Origin: Verrucomicrobiaceae bacterium | GTDB taxonomy: Bacteria; Verrucomicrobiota; Verrucomicrobiia; Verrucomicrobiales; Verrucomicrobiaceae | Length of the DNA: 64,000 nucleotides | Assembly (NCBI GenBank): GCA_021298725.1 | Contig: JAJTDU010000013.1 | Location: forward strand, 2,170-66,169 | Direction: 5' to 3' | Part shown: positions 59,845 to 64,000 of the stretch, piece by piece | Layout: every line of letters begins with the position of its first letter | How positions within the stretch are numbered: position 1 is the stretch's first letter | Notes under the pieces: model-generated | What the model was told of the DNA's origin: nothing | The model's input: the letters and a program-made list of their open reading frames with translations, nothing else | Databases searched by the model: none | Position numbers and translations under genes: made by a program

Positions 59845-61377
59845 ATGTCTTTGACTCCCGACCCTGATTCCCCGACTTGGCTCAAACGTTTCTGGTGGCT
59901 GCTGGCCGCCGTTTTCATCGCCCGTGTGGGTGTGATGCTCCTGTTTGTGAGTGGCGCGGATCTGGCCGGGGACGAAGCCTACTACTGGGACTGGGGCCGC
60001 AGGCCAGACTGGGGTTACTTCAGCAAGCCGCCGATGATCGGCTGGATGATGGGGGTGATCGGCTGGCTGACTGGAAACGCCGAGTGGGGCATTCGTTTCG
60101 CCGCCCTGCTACTCGGCACGGCCACGCTGGTCGTCATGCACCGCATCGCGCTCGTGCTGTTTGATGCCAGGACGGCTTTTCTCACCGCAGTGCTCGTGCT
60201 GCTGACGATTGCGAACGCCGGGCTGAACCTGCTGCTCACCATCGACGCACCGCTGCTGCTCTGCTGGACGCTGGGGCTGCTGCTGTTCTGGTTCGCGGCG
60301 CAAAAACCCTCCTGCAACACCCGCTGGCTCGCGCTGACCTTCGTCATCGGCCTCGGCACGCTCAGCAAACAGATGATGCTGGCCTTTCCCATCCTGATGC
60401 TCGCCTTCGCCGCCGTTTCTCGCGAGGACCGCCCGCTGCTGCGCAATCCGCGCCTGTGGCTCACCATCCTGTTCGGCATGGCCTTCATCATCCCTGTGCT
60501 GAAATGGAATCAAGAGCACGCGTGGATCACCCTAGAGCACACGAAGCATCACTTCGACACGCAGAGCCTCGGCTTTGGCAAATGGATCGGCCGCACACTC
60601 GAAAACGTCGGCCTGCAGGCGCTGATCTACACGCCTGTGACCTTCGTGGCGCTCGTGGCCGTGATGCGAGGGGCCCTCAAGCAACGCGCCAAGCTCACGC
60701 GGCCCGTGTTGTTTCTGCTGCTGGCCTCCGCGCCCGCCCTAGCCTGCTTCGCGCTGTTGGCACTGCGGCAACGCATCAATCCGAACTGGCCTGCCGCCTT
60801 CTTCGTGCCCGCCTTTGTGCTGGCGGCAGCCTGGATGCGCGGCTGGCTGCCCTCGGCGGCCAATCCCGGCTGGCAGCGCTGGTCCCTGCGTGTCGGGGGC
60901 GCATTGGTCATCATCGTTCATCTCGCGCTGGTCATTGTTTTCACCACCGACCTGAAAGGCATCGACAAGCTCGCCAGCATCCGCGGCTGGCGTGAGGCGG
61001 GCATTGAAGCGCAAAAACATCTCGATCAAGTGCCGCGAGCGGAAAAGACCTTCGTCATGGCGCTCGGCCATCGCTACCACGCAGCGCAGATGGCCTTCTA
61101 CATGCCCTCGCATCCGCGCTTGTATCGCTGGGAACCCAGCGGCACGCCGCAGTCCCAATACGAGGTCTGGCCGGGGCCGGAAGAACGCATCGGTTACGAT
61201 GCCTTAATCCTCGATCCTTCCCCAGGCCGTGGCCTGCTTGAAAACCCGGTCTTCGCCGCCGCCTTTGAAAAAATCGAGCATCGTGGAGACATCCGCATCG
61301 TGCTCGGCCAGCAGACACGCGAGTTCAGCGTGTATCTGGGCACGAATCTGAAATCTTGGAAACCCGTACGACCCTAA
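59845..61377 (+). CDS. ArnT/GT39-family (GT-C) membrane glycosyltransferase
   Basis: DEAYYWDW, GYFSKPPMI, TIDAPLL, GLGTLSK, multiple TM helices. Confidence 0.88.
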   Translation: MSLTPDPDSPTWLKRFWWLLAAVFIARVGVMLLFVSGADLAGDEAYYWDWGRRPDWGYFSKPPMIGWMMGVIGWLTGNAEWGIRFAALLLGTATLVVMHRIALVLFDARTAFLTAVLVLLTIANAGLNLLLTIDAPLLLCWTLGLLLFWFAAQKPSCNTRWLALTFVIGLGTLSKQMMLAFPILMLAFAAVSREDRPLLRNPRLWLTILFGMAFIIPVLKWNQEHAWITLEHTKHHFDTQSLGFGKWIGRTLENVGLQALIYTPVTFVALVAVMRGALKQRAKLTRPVLFLLLASAPALACFALLALRQRINPNWPAAFFVPAFVLAAAWMRGWLPSAANPGWQRWSLRVGGALVIIVHLALVIVFTTDLKGIDKLASIRGWREAGIEAQKHLDQVPRAEKTFVMALGHRYHAAQMAFYMPSHPRLYRWEPSGTPQSQYEVWPGPEERIGYDALILDPSPGRGLLENPVFAAAFEKIEHRGDIRIVLGQQTREFSVYLGTNLKSWKPVRP

Positions 61378-61481
61378 AAATGACAACCCCAGAATACCGA
61401 ATGCCGAATACCGCTCCTCAGCGTGGCTTTGTCATGCTTGTGCGCGTCATTCGTCATTCTGCATTTATCCTTCGTCATTTC
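61378..61481. repeat. Inverted short-tandem-repeat element (GAAT(A/G)CC/ATGAC arm; GTCATTC arm)
   Basis: aatgacaa..gaataccgaatgccgaatacc followed by ttgtcat..cgtcattcgtcattctgcattt..ttcgtcatt, between arnT and PAP2. Confidence 0.75.
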
Positions 61482-61486
61482 ACCCC

Positions 61487-62098
61487 ATGACCGCCTGGGA
61501 TCTCAGCCTGCTGCATCAAATCAACACCGCAGGAGCGCATCCGGTGCTCGACTGGCTCATGCCTGCGCTCTCCGCCATTGAAGCGTGGCTGCCGCTCATC
61601 ATACTGGCGGCCCTGCTCACTGCTTGGCTCGGCGGCAAACAAGCACGAACCATGCTGCTCTGCCTCGCCATCGCCATCGCCCTCGGCGACGCCGTGATCT
61701 CCAACACACTGAAGAAAACCATCGGTCGAGTGCGCCCTCGCGATGCGTTGGAAGGCGTGATCGTGCGTGATCTCGGCATCGCCAAGCCTGCCTTCATGCG
61801 CCTGTTTGAAACACCCGTGGTCAAAGCGAGCGAGCCGCGCGGCGAAACACGCGGCAAGTCCTTCCCTTCCAGCCACACGGTCAATCTTTTTGCCGCCGCC
61901 ACAGTCATCGCCTGCTTTTATCGCGGCGCAGGCACCGCGATGTATCTGCTGGCCGCCGCCGTCGCTTATTCGCGCATCTATTGCGCTGCGCACTGGCCCT
62001 CCGACATCCCGCCATCCATGGCGCTCGGTGTCTTGACTGGTCTGGGAGTGGTCAGCGCGACGAAACGATTCATGAGCCGGTGGAACGCACCGGTTTGA
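61487..62098 (+). CDS. PAP2 family phosphatase
   Basis: KKTIGRVRP, SFPSSH, SRIYCAAHWPSD motifs. Confidence 0.9.
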   Translation: MTAWDLSLLHQINTAGAHPVLDWLMPALSAIEAWLPLIILAALLTAWLGGKQARTMLLCLAIAIALGDAVISNTLKKTIGRVRPRDALEGVIVRDLGIAKPAFMRLFETPVVKASEPRGETRGKSFPSSHTVNLFAAATVIACFYRGAGTAMYLLAAAVAYSRIYCAAHWPSDIPPSMALGVLTGLGVVSATKRFMSRWNAPV

Positions 62099-62310
62099 CG
62101 TGAACCATGAGCACACCGACGACGAGCCATGCATGCGCGAAAGCCCAAGGAACGGCGCTTTTTAAGCGCCTCTGGGCGGTTGCAAACCGCTACGACGGCC
62201 TGCCACGTGTAATCATCGACCGCGCGATTTGGTCCTCATCGCTCACCAGCACGAGCATGGAGGACACGGCGGTAATGGGCGAGATCGTGTTTGAGTGAGG
62301 TCAAGGACCT

Positions 62311-62457
62311 TGGACTGCGGCAGCCTGCTGCCGCTTTGCCAAGGCAGCCCTGCTGCCGCCGAAGTCCGAAGGCGAATGAAGAACACCCTCGGCTGGCGCA
62401 AACGCGGGAGCGCCTCGGCGTGGCCTGAAAGCGGCAGCAGGCTGCCGCAGTCCATGT
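62311..62457. repeat. REP doublet (BIME/REPIN-like), copy 1 of the 114-bp direct repeat
   Basis: TGGACTGCGGCAGCCTGCTGCCGCTTT at 62311 and its reverse complement at 62428-62454. Confidence 0.9.
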
Positions 62458-62466
62458 CAATTCAGG

Positions 62467-63045
62467 TTACTCGCCATCCTCGGCGGCGATTTCATCGAAG
62501 GGGAAGCTCGCGATGGTCTGCACCCAGGCTGGCGTCGCTTCGCGTTTGAAGGCTGCGGCGCTGCACCACTTCCACTGCGAGGCTAGCGGCACCAGCCCGT
62601 GATGCCGTGGGTTTTGATGCACATAGTTCAACCGTGCGAGGTAGCTCTGCGGATAGGTGAGATGCGTCTCGCGGTAGTTCTGCCAAAGACGCGATCTGCC
62701 AGGCGTGCCGTCTTCCAGGTTCAATCGTTTGGTGGCTAGGCTGTGAAGCTTCTGGATGACCGTTCGCAACGTCTCCGCACCACCCGTCGGACTGTGCGCC
62801 ACAACGTGGTAATGATTCGAGAGCACCGCCCAGGCCTCCAGTTTCCATCCAGGCTCCGCCAAGGCATCAAAGAGCATCTGCTCAAACCAATCGCGACGTT
62901 CCGGTGTGTGAAACAGATGCTTCTGGTCACGAGCGCGTGCCGTGACGAAGTAAACCCCGCTTTCCGAGAGCCGATGCGGCGGCGCGTGCGGCCAATGCCG
63001 GGTGCCGCGCAGGCCTTCCTCCTCGGATGAGACATCAGGTGTCAT
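62467..63045 (-). mobile_element. REP-associated tyrosine transposase (RAYT, IS200/Y1 family)
   Basis: GVYFVT, HUH motif NHYH, LWQ, YVHQNP..HGLV...WKWCS, flanked by palindromic REPs. Confidence 0.9.
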
Positions 63046-63104
63046 GGTGAAGAGGATGAATGAATCTCGCTGGAATGGTCAAGTACGGAGTCATTGTACC
63101 TACA

Positions 63105-63218
63105 TGGACTGCGGCAGCCTGCTGCCGCTTTGCCAAGGCAGCCCTGCTGCCGCCGAAGTCCGAAGGCGAATGAAGAACACCCTCGGCTGGCGCAAACGCG
63201 GGAGCGCCTCGGCGTGGC
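63105..63218. repeat. Copy 2 of the 114-bp direct repeat (single REP)
   Basis: Identical to 62311-62424 by inspection. Lacks the closing inverted REP. Confidence 0.9.
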
Positions 63219-63311
63219 GACGTGGGTGTCATTGAGTCGATCATTCTCTCTGGCAGAAAGCCGTGCGGGGAGCGTTGGTTGAAGAGCCTCTCAACCTTTG
63301 TCATCAACGCC

Positions 63312-64000
63312 ATGAAGCCACTTCTCTTTGCCAGCCTAGCACTTGCCACCACCGCATTCTCGCAGGAATTGAAACGCAGCATCCCCTATGTCGAAAATGG
63401 GCACACACGGCATGTGCTGGACATCTACTCACCTGCGAATGCGAAGGATCTGCCGGAGGTGTTCTGGATTCACGGCGGCGGCTGGCAGACGGGTGACAAG
63501 GCAAACGTGCAGGAAAAACCCGCGTGGTTTTTGAGCAAAGGTTTCGTCTTTGTCTCCATCAATCACCGTCTGCTACCTGAGGTGGACATGGGCACACTCG
63601 TTCGCGATGTGGCAAAGGCTTTTGGCTGGATGCACAACAACATCGCCAAGCATGGGGGTGATCCGAAGCGTGTGCTCGTCGGCGGGCATTCCTCCGGCGC
63701 ACAGCTTGCGACGCTGATCTGCACGGATGATCGTTATTTGAAAGCAGAAGGCGTGTCTTTTGAAGATCTCATCGGCTGCATGCCCGTCGATGGTGACACC
63801 TACGACATCCCTGCGATCATTGAGGTCGCGGAGACGCGTCGTCGCGTGCATCACCAGCCGCAGGCGAAGTTTGGACATCGCGAAAAGTTCGGCAATGACC
63901 CCGCGAAGCACCTCGACTTTTCCGCCGTGACTCACATCGCCAAAGACAAGCACATCCCGCCTTTCCTGATCCTGCATGTGGCAGATCATCCAGACAACTC
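63312..64000 (+). CDS. Secreted alpha/beta hydrolase (esterase/lipase), runs off the window
   Basis: [17 protein letters not shown] signal, LDIYSP, IHGGGW, GHSSG nucleophile motif. Confidence 0.88.
   Translation, partial: MKPLLFASLALATTAFSQELKRSIPYVENGHTRHVLDIYSPANAKDLPEVFWIHGGGWQTGDKANVQEKPAWFLSKGFVFVSINHRLLPEVDMGTLVRDVAKAFGWMHNNIAKHGGDPKRVLVGGHSSGAQLATLICTDDRYLKAEGVSFEDLIGCMPVDGDTYDIPAIIEVAETRRRVHHQPQAKFGHREKFGNDPAKHLDFSAVTHIAKDKHIPPFLILHVADHPDN

Noticed and set aside
62107-62298. 63-aa ORF before the REP doublet
   Set aside because: May be a C-terminal gene remnant, but no family could be supported.
1-64000. tRNA, rRNA, riboswitch, prophage or defence system
   Set aside because: No convincing T-loop/cloverleaf, rRNA, integrase, phage structural or defence motifs seen by eye. 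A covariance-model scan would be needed to exclude small RNAs.

Overview
GC-rich bacterial chromosome segment. Its gene content (planctomycete-type cytochrome c/DUF1549 and DUF1592 proteins, DUF1501, a PEP-CTERM protein) points to the PVC superphylum, most likely Verrucomicrobia (inference). About 2.5-15.3 kb is a more AT-rich surface-polysaccharide island on the minus strand: rfbF-rfbG-rfbH, an SDR reductase, a ThDP enzyme, two glycosyltransferases and an MsbA-like flippase. This looks like a branched 3,6-dideoxyhexose (yersiniose-type) pathway, and the island also holds an IS66 remnant. The rest is mostly envelope and transport genes: exbB/exbD/TPR, two PilT ATPases, an OFA MFS transporter, two LolC/E permeases, mlaEFD, actP, SLC13, rseP, pgsA, folC and arnT/PAP2. 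There is also a 1371-aa Fn3/Ig/cyclophilin surface protein and a RAYT transposase bracketed by perfect 114-bp REP-containing direct repeats. Three patterns run across the window: (1) inverted short-tandem-repeat hairpins in intergenic spacers, mostly inside operons; (2) -10 boxes only 5-10 nt upstream of start codons (leaderless-type architecture); (3) four genes broken by short deletions and one by a nonsense codon, which could be real decay or assembly artefact. No rRNA, tRNA or CRISPR array was seen.
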